Of a DNA stretch of 64,000 nucleotides, positions 8,866 to 18,632 are shown piece after piece (position 1 is the first letter of the stretch; each line of letters opens with the position of its first letter). The translations under genes and the position numbers were made by a program. Below the pieces are notes generated by a model. That model did no database searches and was not told the origin of the DNA. It saw nothing but the letters and a program-made list of their open reading frames with translations. The stretch comes from an uncultured Nocardioidaceae bacterium. GTDB taxonomy: Bacteria > Actinomycetota > Actinomycetes > Propionibacteriales > Nocardioidaceae. Location of the stretch: the NCBI GenBank assembly GCA_902805855.1, contig CADCUJ010000078.1:8500-72499 (forward strand), in the 5' to 3' direction.

Positions 8866-9522
8866 CTACCTGACCCGGAAAGCGAGGAGCTGGAAGCCGG
8901 TGTCGGTGAAGCGCATCCTCACGTCGAAGCTGGTCCTCGGGTGCGCCGGGTTCGTGCTGCGGTAGCTGCCGTCCCCGTTGTAGGACTCGCTTTCCGGGAT
9001 GGCCACCGTCATCCTGGCCGTGGAGCCCAGCGAGACGGTCGTCACCTCGTTGCGCCTCACCTCGGCACCTGGGAAGTCGACGTACCATCCCTGCTCCGCC
9101 CGCTGCCGCAGCTCGGCGCGAAGCCGGGGACAGCCGCCGCAGGGCTTGCCTGCGGGACCCAGCCGGAGCATCGGCCGCGCGTCGTTGGTGCTCAGGGCAT
9201 ACCCCCAGGCATCCACGACGTGGCGTGCGAACGCCCTGCGCCCGGCGGCCGTGTTGGTGGCCTTCGGCGGCTCGGGGGGCCCTGGTGCCTCCGGACGCTC
9301 GAGAGCCCCGGTCGTCGATGCCCCGTTGGGCGAGGAGCGGGCAGCAGCGGTCGATGCCGGCTCGCCCGCCGAGCGCGTGGGAGAACCGGTAGCCGAGGCT
9401 GCCTCTGTTGCCGTGGGATCGGCGCCGGACGTGGGCTGACCTGCCCCGCAGGCGGTGAACAAGCCGGACGCGAGGCACAGTGCGAGAGCCGGTACGCCGC
9501 CCGCGATCGCGCTGCGAAGCAT
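8866..9522 (-). CDS. Secreted lipoprotein of unknown function
   Basis: MLRSAIAGGVPALALCLASGLFTAC signal/lipobox, a Pro/Ala/Thr-rich linker, then a globular C-terminal domain. The longer track ORF (to 10182) is antisense to rimP/nusA and was rejected. Confidence 0.65.
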   Translation of the reverse strand: MLRSAIAGGVPALALCLASGLFTACGAGQPTSGADPTATEAASATGSPTRSAGEPASTAAARSSPNGASTTGALERPEAPGPPEPPKATNTAAGRRAFARHVVDAWGYALSTNDARPMLRLGPAGKPCGGCPRLRAELRQRAEQGWYVDFPGAEVRRNEVTTVSLGSTARMTVAIPESESYNGDGSYRSTNPAHPRTSFDVRMRFTDTGFQLLAFRVR

Positions 9523-9633
9523 GCTGCAGGCTACCAAGCACCGCCTCCCCTGCGAGCCGAGCGCAGCCGGTCCCTGACCCGCCCGCCGGGCTAGAGTGGC
9601 TTCGCGGACAACAGCACAGCAGGAAGGGAACCC

Positions 9634-10101
9634 GTGAGCAACGACCAGGTCCGGGACCGACTTGCCGGCATCCTCGCTGGGCCTCTGTCTGCGGTGGGCC
9701 TCGACGTCGAGGCCGTCGAGCTGACCCCCGCCGGGAAGCGCCGGCTGCTCCGCGTGGCAGTGGACAAGGACGGTGGGGTCACCCTCGACGACATCGCCGA
9801 TGCGACCCGTGAGGTCTCCCGGGTGCTGGACGGCTCCGACGTGATGGACGAACACCCGTACACCCTCGAGGTCACCTCGCCGGGCACGGACCGGCCGCTG
9901 ACGTTGCCCCGACACTGGCGACGCAACCGTGGCAGGCTCGTCAAGGTCGCCCGGCACGAGGGCGAGACCTTCACCGGCCGGATCCGCGAGGTCGACGAGC
10001 ACGCAGCCCTGGTGGAGGTGGACGGCCGTCAGCGCGAGGTCAGCTTCGACACCGTTGCGAAGGCGCGCATCGAGCTCGAGTTCAACCGGAAGGAGGGCTG
10101 A
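9634..10101 (+). CDS. rimP: Ribosome maturation factor RimP
   Basis: [31 protein letters not shown] and YTLEVTSPG motifs. Located immediately upstream of nusA. Confidence 0.9.
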   Translation: MSNDQVRDRLAGILAGPLSAVGLDVEAVELTPAGKRRLLRVAVDKDGGVTLDDIADATREVSRVLDGSDVMDEHPYTLEVTSPGTDRPLTLPRHWRRNRGRLVKVARHEGETFTGRIREVDEHAALVEVDGRQREVSFDTVAKARIELEFNRKEG

Positions 10102-10105
10102 CCAG

Positions 10106-11140
10106 ATGGACATCGACATGGCGATCCTCCGTTCGATGGAGCACGAGAAGGACATCTCCTTCGACGTGCTGGTCGAGGCCATCGAGCAGGCCCTGCTCTC
10201 GGCCTACCACCGCACACCCGGCGCGCAGGCCCAGGCACGCGTCGAGCTGGACCGGAAGACCGGGCACGTGACCGTGATGGCGGCCGAGACCGACGAAGAG
10301 GGCAACACCGTCACCGAGTACGACGACACGCCCGCCGGGTTCGGGAGAATCGCAGCCACCACGGCGAAGCAGCTGATCCTGCAGCGACTTCGAGACGCAG
10401 AGGACGACCTGCGTTTCGGCGAGTTCTCCGGCCGCGAGGGCGACATCGTCTCCGGGGTCATCCAGCAGGGCCGCGACCCGCAGGACGTGCTTGTCGACCT
10501 CGGCAAGCTGGAGGCACTGCTACCGATCGCCGAACGAGTGCCGGGCGAGCGCTACGACCACGGCACCCGGATCAAGGCACTCGTGGTCAGCGTCCGCAAG
10601 GGGATGCGTGGCCCCCAGGTGATGCTGTCTCGCTCACACCCGAACCTGGTCAAGAAGCTGTTCGCGCTGGAGATCCCGGAGATCGCCGACGGTGCGGTGG
10701 AGATCTGCGCGATCGCTCGGGAGGCCGGGCACCGCACCAAGATCGCGGTGCGCTCCACAGTCACCGGGGTGAACGCCAAGGGCTCGTGCATCGGTCCGAT
10801 GGGCCAGCGCGTACGCAACATCATGCACGAGCTGCACGGAGAGAAGATCGACATCGTCGACTGGGCAGACGACCCGGCGCAGCTGGTCGCGAATGCGTTG
10901 TCGCCCGCTCGGGTCTCGAGCGTCTCGGTCGTCGACGCCGAGAGCCGCTCCGCTCGTGTCGTGGTGCCCGACTTCCAGCTCTCACTCGCCATCGGCAAGG
11001 AGGGCCAGAACGCGCGGCTGGCGGCGCGGTTGACCGGCTGGCGCATCGACATCCGCTCCGACGAGGCGCCGGCCCCGACTCCGTACTCGCCGCAAGGGAC
11101 AGGAGCAGACGCGGCCACCGGCCAGCCGGCCGGGAGCTGA
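10106..11140 (+). CDS. nusA: Transcription termination/antitermination factor NusA
   Basis: [35 protein letters not shown]-terminal domain, S1 domain ([10 protein letters not shown]) and two KH domains. The ATG at 10106 is preceded by GGAGGG. Confidence 0.95.
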   Translation: MDIDMAILRSMEHEKDISFDVLVEAIEQALLSAYHRTPGAQAQARVELDRKTGHVTVMAAETDEEGNTVTEYDDTPAGFGRIAATTAKQLILQRLRDAEDDLRFGEFSGREGDIVSGVIQQGRDPQDVLVDLGKLEALLPIAERVPGERYDHGTRIKALVVSVRKGMRGPQVMLSRSHPNLVKKLFALEIPEIADGAVEICAIAREAGHRTKIAVRSTVTGVNAKGSCIGPMGQRVRNIMHELHGEKIDIVDWADDPAQLVANALSPARVSSVSVVDAESRSARVVVPDFQLSLAIGKEGQNARLAARLTGWRIDIRSDEAPAPTPYSPQGTGADAATGQPAGS

Positions 11141-11203
11141 GCCCACCGTCCGCCCCCGTGGGCCGGCTCTGCTGTTCTGCTCTGGGCCCGTCAGGGGCTA
11201 GAC

Positions 11204-11515
11204 TTGTCGGCGGTGGTTCGCGAACACTCCAGTGCTGCACGCCGTGAGGGCCCTGTCCGCACGTGCGTGGGGTGCCGGGAGCGGGCCGCTCAGCACGACC
11301 TACTGCGAGTCGTCGCCACCGAGTCGGAGTCCGGCCTGGCCGTGACCCCGGACCTCGGGAGGCGGGCGCCGGGCCGGGGAGCCTACGTGCATCTTCGTCC
11401 CGGGTGCTTGGATCTCGCGCTTCGTCGTCGAGCCTTTGCGAGGGCCCTCAAGGTCACGGAGCGGCTGGACAGCGAACAGGTGCAGGACATCGTCTCGCGC
11501 CAGCAGGAGAACTGA
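11204..11515 (+). CDS. ylxR: YlxR/DUF448 family RNA-binding protein
   Basis: RTCVGCRERAAQHDLLRVV and GRGAYVH motifs. Canonical position between nusA and infB. The start codon is uncertain (TTG at 11204). Confidence 0.8.
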   Translation: MSAVVREHSSAARREGPVRTCVGCRERAAQHDLLRVVATESESGLAVTPDLGRRAPGRGAYVHLRPGCLDLALRRRAFARALKVTERLDSEQVQDIVSRQQEN

Positions 11516-11634
11516 CCGGTATCGAAAAAGAGATGGAGCAGCAGCTCATGAGCACTCGATGAGTACTTTCCGATGAGCATGCACACCAGATAGCGGTCCG
11601 GCCGGAAACGGCGGCTCGGACCAGAAGGAGAAGC

Positions 11635-14520
11635 GTGGCTAAGGTCCGAGTCCACGAGCTCGCCAAGGAGCTCGACACGGAGAGCAAGGAAGTCCTCTCC
11701 AAGCTCAAAGACATGGGGGAGTTCGTCAAGTCGGCGTCGTCGACGGTCGAGCCTCCGGTCGTCAAGCGGTTCAAGGACAAGTACGGCGAGGAGCTCAAGG
11801 CCGCCTCGGCGGCGAAGGTCGCCAACAAGCCGGCTGCCAAGAAGGCCGCGCAGAAGTCTGCCGAGCCCGCCGCGTCCCCCGTGTCCGCTGAGCCCGCCGC
11901 GCCCCCTGAGCCCTCTGAGCCCGCTGAGCCCGCTGTCGCGACGGCGGCTGAGTCGACCAACGGAGTGCCGACCGCTCCGCTCGAGGCCGACGGAGCCACG
12001 GCTGCCCCCGCGGCGCCTGCCGCTGAAGCTGCTCCGCGACCCGGGCCGCGCCCCACTCCGGCCATCGAAGACGCCCCGCCGCCCCCGACGGACGACTTTG
12101 GAGACGGCACCACCGGCGAGGCTCCCACTGCTCCGGCGGAACGCACCCCCTCGCCTGCGGCTCCTCGCCCGACTCCCCGCCCCGGTCAGCGACCGGGCGC
12201 CCGGCCCGGGGCGCCGCGTCCCGGCAACAACCCCTTCTCGTCCACCCAGGGCATGGGCCGGCGCCCCAGCGCGCCTCGCGGCGCTCCTGCTCCCGGCGAC
12301 CCGTCGCAGCGCCCGCCCGCCGGCCGTGACGCCGGCGGTGCCGCCCGGCCGGGGATGCCTCGGCCGAACCCCGCGATGATGCCGAAGTCACCGGCCGCCT
12401 TCGGAGGTGGCCCCGGTGGCCGCAGCGCCGGACCCGGCCGTGGCGGCCCCGGTGGCGCCGCTGGTCGCGGTGGTCCTCCTGGTCGTGGTGGCGCCCCGGC
12501 GCGCGGCGGCCAGGCCGCTCCCGGCCGTCCGGGGGCCGGCTTCGGACCAAGCGGTGGCGGTCGTCCCGGCGGACGACCCGGCGGCCGCGGCTCCACGCAG
12601 GGTGCCTTCGGCCGGCCCGGTGGACCGTCTCGCCGCGGACGCAAGTCCAAGCGGCAGCGGCGCCAGGAGTTCGACAACATGCAGGCCCCGACCATCGGCG
12701 GCATGCGGGTGCACAAGGGCGAGGGCGAGACGGTCCGGCTTGCCCGTGGTGCGTCGCTCACCGACTTCGCGGAGAAGATCGGTGTCGACGCCGCCTCGCT
12801 GGTCCAGATGCTCTTCCACCTGGGCGAGATGGTGACCGCGACCGAGTCGGTCAACGACGCCACTCTCGAGCTGCTGGGTCAGGAGCTCAACTACGACGTC
12901 CAGGTCGTCTCGCCCGAGGACGAGGACCGCGAGCTGCTGGGGTCCTTCGACCTCGAGTTCGGGCTCGACGAGGGCGGCGAAGGGGCCCTCGAGTCGCGCC
13001 CGCCGGTGGTGACCGTGATGGGCCACGTCGACCACGGAAAGACCAAGCTGCTCGACGCCCTACGAAGCGCCAACGTGGTGGCCAAGGAGGCTGGCGGCAT
13101 CACCCAGCACATCGGTGCCTACCAGGTGGCCACCGAGGTGGAGGGCGACGAGCGTCGGATCACCTTCATCGACACCCCGGGTCACGAGGCGTTCACCGCC
13201 ATGCGTGCTCGTGGTGCCCAAGCCACCGACATCGCGATCCTCGTGGTGGCGGCCGACGATGGCGTGATGCCGCAGACCGTGGAGGCGCTCAACCACGTCA
13301 AGGCAGCCGAAGTGCCGATCGTGGTGGCGGTGAACAAGGTCGACAAGGAGGACGCCGACCCGACCAAGGTGCGCGGGCAGCTGACCGAGTACGGGCTGGT
13401 GCCCGAGGAGTACGGCGGCGACACGATGTTCGTCGACGTCTCGGCCAAGACCGAGCTCAACCTCGACACCCTGCTGGAGGCCGTCGTCCTGACCGCCGAC
13501 GCGTCCCTGGACTTGCGGGCCAACCCCGAGCAGGACGCGCAGGGCCTGGTCGTGGAGGCACACCTGGACCGCGGTCGCGGGCCGGTTGCCACCGTGCTGG
13601 TCCAACGCGGCACGCTGCGGGTCGGCGACTCCGTCGTCGCCGGGCCCGCGTTCGGGCGGGTGCGCGCAATGCTGGACGAGTTCGGGAGTCCCGTGCAGGA
13701 GGCCGACCCGTCACGACCGGTGATGGTCCTCGGCCTGACCGCGGTCCCCGGTGCGGGGCAGAACTTCCTGGTCGTCGACGACGACCGGATGGCTCGCCAG
13801 ATCGCCGAGAAGCGCGAGTCACGCGAGCGTGCCGCGTTGCAGGCACAGCGTCGCGGGCGCCGTACTCTCGAGGACTTCATGGCCTCCATGGAGAAGGGCG
13901 AGAGCCAAGAGCTCAACCTCATCCTCAAGGGCGACGTGTCCGGCTCGGTGGAGGCACTCGAGGACTCGCTGTCGAAGATCGACGTGGGCGACGAGGTGTC
14001 CCTGCGCGTCATCGACCGCGGTGTCGGCGCGATCACCGAGACCAACGTGATGCTGGCCGCAGCCTCCGACGCGATCATCATCGGCTTCAACGTCCGCCCC
14101 GAGGGCAAGGCGACCGTGGTAGCCGACAAGGAAGGCGTCGAGATCCGCTACTACTCGGTCATCTACCAGGCGATCGAGGAGATCGAGGCAGCCCTCAAGG
14201 GCATGCTCAAGCCGGAGTTCGAGGAGGCGTCGCTCGGTCAGGCCGAGATCCGCGAGATCTTCCGCTCCAGCCGGATCGGCAACATCGCCGGCTGCATGGT
14301 CACCGCCGGAGTCATCCGCCGCAACGCCAAGGCGCGTCTGCTGCGCGACGGCGCTGTGGTGGCAGACAACCTCGACGTGTCGTCGCTGCGCCGGGAGAAG
14401 GACGACGTGGCCGAGGTCCGGGAGGGCTTCGAGTGCGGTCTGACCCTGCGCGGGTACAACGACATCAAGATCGGCGATGTCGTGGAGTCCTTCGAGATGC
14501 GCGAGATCCCGCGGGACTGA
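11635..14520 (+). CDS. infB: Translation initiation factor IF-2
   Basis: [14 protein letters not shown]-terminus, a long Pro/Gly/Ala-rich linker, G domain ([20 protein letters not shown]). GTG start with a GGAG SD. Confidence 0.97.
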   Translation: MAKVRVHELAKELDTESKEVLSKLKDMGEFVKSASSTVEPPVVKRFKDKYGEELKAASAAKVANKPAAKKAAQKSAEPAASPVSAEPAAPPEPSEPAEPAVATAAESTNGVPTAPLEADGATAAPAAPAAEAAPRPGPRPTPAIEDAPPPPTDDFGDGTTGEAPTAPAERTPSPAAPRPTPRPGQRPGARPGAPRPGNNPFSSTQGMGRRPSAPRGAPAPGDPSQRPPAGRDAGGAARPGMPRPNPAMMPKSPAAFGGGPGGRSAGPGRGGPGGAAGRGGPPGRGGAPARGGQAAPGRPGAGFGPSGGGRPGGRPGGRGSTQGAFGRPGGPSRRGRKSKRQRRQEFDNMQAPTIGGMRVHKGEGETVRLARGASLTDFAEKIGVDAASLVQMLFHLGEMVTATESVNDATLELLGQELNYDVQVVSPEDEDRELLGSFDLEFGLDEGGEGALESRPPVVTVMGHVDHGKTKLLDALRSANVVAKEAGGITQHIGAYQVATEVEGDERRITFIDTPGHEAFTAMRARGAQATDIAILVVAADDGVMPQTVEALNHVKAAEVPIVVAVNKVDKEDADPTKVRGQLTEYGLVPEEYGGDTMFVDVSAKTELNLDTLLEAVVLTADASLDLRANPEQDAQGLVVEAHLDRGRGPVATVLVQRGTLRVGDSVVAGPAFGRVRAMLDEFGSPVQEADPSRPVMVLGLTAVPGAGQNFLVVDDDRMARQIAEKRESRERAALQAQRRGRRTLEDFMASMEKGESQELNLILKGDVSGSVEALEDSLSKIDVGDEVSLRVIDRGVGAITETNVMLAAASDAIIIGFNVRPEGKATVVADKEGVEIRYYSVIYQAIEEIEAALKGMLKPEFEEASLGQAEIREIFRSSRIGNIAGCMVTAGVIRRNAKARLLRDGAVVADNLDVSSLRREKDDVAEVREGFECGLTLRGYNDIKIGDVVESFEMREIPRD

Positions 14521-14573
14521 CTCACCGGCCCAGCCCGGTGACCAGCGCCAGCAACACGACGGGAGTCAATGCG

Positions 14574-15020
14574 ATGAGTAGTCCTCGGGTGCGCAAGATT
14601 GCGGACCGGATCCAGGTGGTGGTTGCCGAGATGCTGGAGCGGCGGATCAAGGACCCTCGGCTCGGGTTCGTCACCATCACCGACGTCCGGGTCACCGGAG
14701 ACACCCAGAACGCGTCCATCTTCTACACGGTGCTGGGCGAGGAGGAGCAGCTCGCCAGCAGCGCGGCCGCACTGGAGTCCGCGAAGGGAGTGCTGCGCGC
14801 AGAGGTGGGACGCCAGCTCGGCATGCGTCACGTGCCGAGCCTGGAGTTCCACCACGACGCCCTGCCCGACACTGCTCGCCACCTCGACGAGCTGCTCGCC
14901 AAGGCGCGTGAGTCGGATGCGCAGGTCGCCGCGGCCTCGGCCGGGGCGTCGTACGCCGGGGACCCGGATCCCTACCGCCGACCGCACGAGGACGACGAGC
15001 CGCCAGACCTGACCCGGTGA
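14574..15020 (+). CDS. rbfA: Ribosome-binding factor A
   Basis: [39 protein letters not shown] motif, with an acidic C-terminal tail. Confidence 0.92.
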   Translation: MSSPRVRKIADRIQVVVAEMLERRIKDPRLGFVTITDVRVTGDTQNASIFYTVLGEEEQLASSAAALESAKGVLRAEVGRQLGMRHVPSLEFHHDALPDTARHLDELLAKARESDAQVAAASAGASYAGDPDPYRRPHEDDEPPDLTR

Positions 15021-15934
15021 CCACGCCGGTGCGGACCGTCGGGCCTGCGGAGGAGTCCGGCCTGGTGGTCGTCGACAAGCCGGCGGCGATGACCTCCCAC
15101 GACGTCGTCGCGCGGGTGCGGCGATTGGCCGGGACCCGCAAAGTCGGTCACGCCGGGACGTTGGACCCGATGGCCACCGGGGTCCTGCTCGTGGGTGTCA
15201 ACAAGGCGACCAGGCTGCTCGGTCACCTGATGCTTGGCGAGAAGGAGTACGACGCCACCGTCCGCCTCGGGGCCGCCACGACCACCGACGACTTCGAGGG
15301 TGAGGTCGTCTCGCGGGCGTCCGCCGGTGAGGTGACGCTGGAGGCGGTACGCGGGGCGGCCAGGCAGCTGGTCGGGGAGATCGACCAGGTGCCCTCGTCG
15401 GTCTCGGCGATCAAGGTCGACGGCCGGCGGGCGTATGCGCGGGTGCGGGCAGGAGAGGAGGTACGGCTCGAGCCTCGGCGGGTGCGGATCGAGGCGCTGG
15501 AGGTGACCGGCGTGCGTGCGGAGGGGGAGTTCGTCGACGCTGACATCTCGGTGCGCTGCTCGAGCGGCACCTACGTTCGTGCGATCGCTCGAGACCTCGG
15601 CACTGCGCTCGGGGTGGGCGGTCACCTGACCAGGCTGCGCCGCACCTCGGTCGGCCCCTTCCGGATCGCTTCGGCGCGCACGCTGGGCGAGCTGGAGGTG
15701 CACTTCGAGATGCTCCCGGTCGCAGACGTGGCGAGGAGCTGCTTCCCGACCTACCTGCTCGACGAGGCACAAGCACGTGACGTCGGCTTCGGACGTCCCC
15801 TCGGGATCGAGCTGGGCGTCAGCGGTCCGGTCGCGGTGTTCGATCAGACCGGAGCCTTCCTGGCGCTGTACGAGCAAGCCGAGGCGACAGCGGTTCCCGT
15901 CGCGGTCTTCACGCCGGCCGTGCGCGCCGGCTGA
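15017..15934 (+). CDS. truB: tRNA pseudouridine(55) synthase TruB
   Basis: [17 protein letters not shown] and [17 protein letters not shown] (catalytic Asp). GTGA overlap with rbfA. Confidence 0.93.
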   Translation: MTTPVRTVGPAEESGLVVVDKPAAMTSHDVVARVRRLAGTRKVGHAGTLDPMATGVLLVGVNKATRLLGHLMLGEKEYDATVRLGAATTTDDFEGEVVSRASAGEVTLEAVRGAARQLVGEIDQVPSSVSAIKVDGRRAYARVRAGEEVRLEPRRVRIEALEVTGVRAEGEFVDADISVRCSSGTYVRAIARDLGTALGVGGHLTRLRRTSVGPFRIASARTLGELEVHFEMLPVADVARSCFPTYLLDEAQARDVGFGRPLGIELGVSGPVAVFDQTGAFLALYEQAEATAVPVAVFTPAVRAG

Positions 15935-16008
15935 CCTGCCGGTCGCTGCCTCCCGCTGTGGCACGCTTACGGGTGTCCACGGCCACCCCCTGAAAAGGAG
16001 CCTCGCTG

Positions 16009-16971
16009 GTGCGCATCTGGCGCTCGCTCGACGACGTGGCCGAGGACCTCGGTCGCACCGTGGTCACCATCGGAAACTTCGACGGCGTGCATCTGGGCCA
16101 CCAGCACGTGATCGCCCGGGCTCGCGCGGTCGCCGCCGAGCTCGCGGTCCGAGACGTCGTGGCGGTCACCTTCGACCCGCACCCGATCGCCGTGCTTCGC
16201 CCCGAGCACGCACCGCCGACGCTGACCACGATCGCTACGCGGGTCGAGCTACTCGAGCGGGCCGGCGTCGATGTCGTGCTGGTGCTGCCGTTCACGCGAG
16301 AGGTGGCCGACTGGTCGCCGGAGCGCTTCATCGAAGAGATCATCGTCGACGGCCTCCATGCCAAGGCCGTCGTCGTGGGTGCGAACTTCCGCTTCGGCAA
16401 CCGTGCCGCCGGTGACGTGTCGACGTTGCGCGAGGCAGGCGCCGCAGCCGACTTCGTGACCGTCGGCATCCCGCTGGACGGCGGCCCGCAGGTGTGGTCC
16501 TCGACCTACGTGCGCCACTGTCTCGTGGCAGGTGACGTGGCCGGCGCGGCCGAGGCGCTGGGTCATCCGTTCACCGTCCGTGGTGTGGTGGTGGAGGGCG
16601 ACAAGCGCGGCCGACAGCTGGGCTACCCGACCGCGAACGTTCCGACCCGCGAGATGCAGGCCGTCCCCGCCGACGGGGTCTATGCCGGCTGGCTGCGAAG
16701 GCTGGACGCCGACGCCGGCCCGGACGAGCCGATGCCGGCTGCGATCAGCGTGGGCAGCAACCCGACCTTCGCCGGAGTGCGTGAGCGACGGGTGGAGTCC
16801 TACGTCTTGGACCGCGACGACCTCGACCTGTACGGCGTCCCGGTGGAGGTCTCCTTCGTGGCCCGGCTGCGCGGCATGGAGAAGTTCGACTCCGTCGAGG
16901 AGCTCGTGGCGACCATGCGTGAGGACGCCACCCGCGCCCACGCAGCGCTCGGCGTCCCGGAGCCTCCGTGA
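16009..16971 (+). CDS. ribF: Bifunctional riboflavin kinase / FAD synthetase
   Basis: GNFDGVHLGHQ nucleotidyltransferase motif and a GYPTANV kinase-domain motif. Confidence 0.93.
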   Translation: MRIWRSLDDVAEDLGRTVVTIGNFDGVHLGHQHVIARARAVAAELAVRDVVAVTFDPHPIAVLRPEHAPPTLTTIATRVELLERAGVDVVLVLPFTREVADWSPERFIEEIIVDGLHAKAVVVGANFRFGNRAAGDVSTLREAGAAADFVTVGIPLDGGPQVWSSTYVRHCLVAGDVAGAAEALGHPFTVRGVVVEGDKRGRQLGYPTANVPTREMQAVPADGVYAGWLRRLDADAGPDEPMPAAISVGSNPTFAGVRERRVESYVLDRDDLDLYGVPVEVSFVARLRGMEKFDSVEELVATMREDATRAHAALGVPEPP

Positions 16972-17960
16972 GCGGAGGTTCGAGTGAGCTGGTCGCGGCG
17001 ACGGAGAAGTGGTTCCTGCGTCACGGCCTCCCGTACTTCGTCGAGTCCGAGCGCCGCATCGCCCAACGAGGACTGCGGGCGCGCCGGGTGGCCACCGTGG
17101 CCGCGGTGGCAGCCGTCGTCGGCCTCGCCGCGGGGGGCCTCGTCGGCTGGTGGCTGAACGACAAGACGAACGCCACCGGTGCCGCGCTCGCGGCGGCGTT
17201 GTCGGTGCTGGGCTGGTACGCCGTGACCACGCTGCGGCTGGGCGCGATCGGCTCGTGGGCGATCCTTCGAACCACACGCAGTATCGGGCTGCTGTTCCCG
17301 CTCGTGACCCGCGCTCTTCCCCTGCTGCTGCTGTTCATCACCTTCTTGTTCATCAACGCCGAGGTCTGGCAGGTGGCGTCATCGCTTGACGGCGGTGTGC
17401 TGTGGTTGAGCGTGATGCTCTTCACCGCGGTCGCCTGCGGGTTCCTCCTGGTCCGCCTGCCAGAGGAGCTCGACCGGGTGGACCAGGAGATGGGACATGA
17501 CCGGCTGGTCGCCGCCTGCTCCGGAACCCCCTTGGAGCCGGTCGCCGGGAAGATCGCGGCCGAGCACACCGACCTCGCCGGCCACACCCAGGTCACCGGA
17601 TTCCAGCGCGCGAACCTGATCCTGGTGCTTCTCGTCTCCCAGCTCGTCCAGGTCGTGATGCTGTCGATCTCGGTGTTCTTGTTCTTCCTGGTCTTCGGTG
17701 CCGTCACCATGCAGCCGAGCGTCATAGAGTCCTGGATCGGCGACCTGCCACGTGCGGTACCACAGCTGCCCACGCTCAGTCTCGAGCTGCTTCAGGTCTC
17801 GGTGTTCCTCGCGGCGTTCTCGGGGCTGTACTTCACGGTGTACGCGGTGACCGACCAGACCTACCGCGACCAGTTCTTCACCTCCCTCACGAACGAGCTG
17901 GAGCAGGCGGTGGGAGTACGCGCGGTCTATCGGTCGCTGCAGCCGGAGGCCACCTCCTAG
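16968..17960 (+). CDS. Polytopic integral membrane protein of unknown function, translationally coupled to ribF
   Basis: GTGA overlap with the ribF stop. About 6 hydrophobic segments follow a cytoplasmic N-terminus (EKWFLRHGLPYFVESERR). I recognise no family motif. Confidence 0.6.
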   Translation: MSGGSSELVAATEKWFLRHGLPYFVESERRIAQRGLRARRVATVAAVAAVVGLAAGGLVGWWLNDKTNATGAALAAALSVLGWYAVTTLRLGAIGSWAILRTTRSIGLLFPLVTRALPLLLLFITFLFINAEVWQVASSLDGGVLWLSVMLFTAVACGFLLVRLPEELDRVDQEMGHDRLVAACSGTPLEPVAGKIAAEHTDLAGHTQVTGFQRANLILVLLVSQLVQVVMLSISVFLFFLVFGAVTMQPSVIESWIGDLPRAVPQLPTLSLELLQVSVFLAAFSGLYFTVYAVTDQTYRDQFFTSLTNELEQAVGVRAVYRSLQPEATS

Positions 17961-18113
17961 CCGGTCACGGCAGTGCGCGGCACCGGCACGATTCGCAGAT
18001 GCGCGGCGACCGCTGATAATCTTCACCGGTTGCCGTCTGACGGCCGCGGATCGAGAGTGCCCGGGTGAACAGGCCCCGGCGCGCCGCGCAACGACACCCC
18101 GAGAGGAGCCCGC

Positions 18114-18389
18114 GTGTCCACTGGTACCGACGCGGAGACCAAGAAGAAGATCATCGCCGAGTACGCGACCGGCGACGGTGACACCGGCTCACCGGAGGTA
18201 CAGGTCGCGCTGCTGTCGCACCGTATCGCTCACCTGACCGAGCACCTGAAGGAGCACAAGCACGACCACCACAGCCGTCGTGGCCTGCTGCTCCTCGTCG
18301 GCCAGCGTCGCCGGCTGCTGAACTACATGCAGAAGCAAGACATCAACCGCTACCGTTCGATCGTGGAACGGCTCGGCCTGCGCCGCTAG
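18114..18389 (+). CDS. rpsO: 30S ribosomal protein S15
   Basis: [47 protein letters not shown]. Confidence 0.96.
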   Translation: MSTGTDAETKKKIIAEYATGDGDTGSPEVQVALLSHRIAHLTEHLKEHKHDHHSRRGLLLLVGQRRRLLNYMQKQDINRYRSIVERLGLRR

Positions 18390-18632
18390 CCGACCCAGGC
18401 CTTGTCCGCAGTACCTGACAACTGAACAGAGATCAATCCATCAACTGGAGCGAACGCGGACGCCTGCCCGGTCCTCGGTAGTGGCCTTCGGAGCCGCCCG
18501 TACACCTTCACCAAGGGGTACGGCGAGCCGCCGCAGGCCTCGATCGAAGACCGGCCCCTCCTCACCGGAGCCCGCGCCCTGCGTCGGAAGGCGCCAACGC
18601 GTGATCGCTCCGCGAGAGAAAGGGGCGTCCCC
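18390..18632 (+). promoter_or_regulatory. rpsO-pnp intergenic leader with extended stem-loops (candidate RNase III/PNPase autoregulatory site)
   Basis: A 243-nt untranslated spacer containing complementary segments such as CCGCCCGTAC..GTACGGCGAG. The position is equivalent to the known pnp leader in E. coli and Streptomyces. Confidence 0.4.

Noticed and set aside
8866-10182. The 438-aa ORF as a single large protein.
   Set aside because: The N-terminal ~220 codons run antisense through rimP and the nusA start and have shadow-frame composition. A signal-peptide/lipobox start (MLRSAIAGG) at 9522 gives a coherent lipoprotein.
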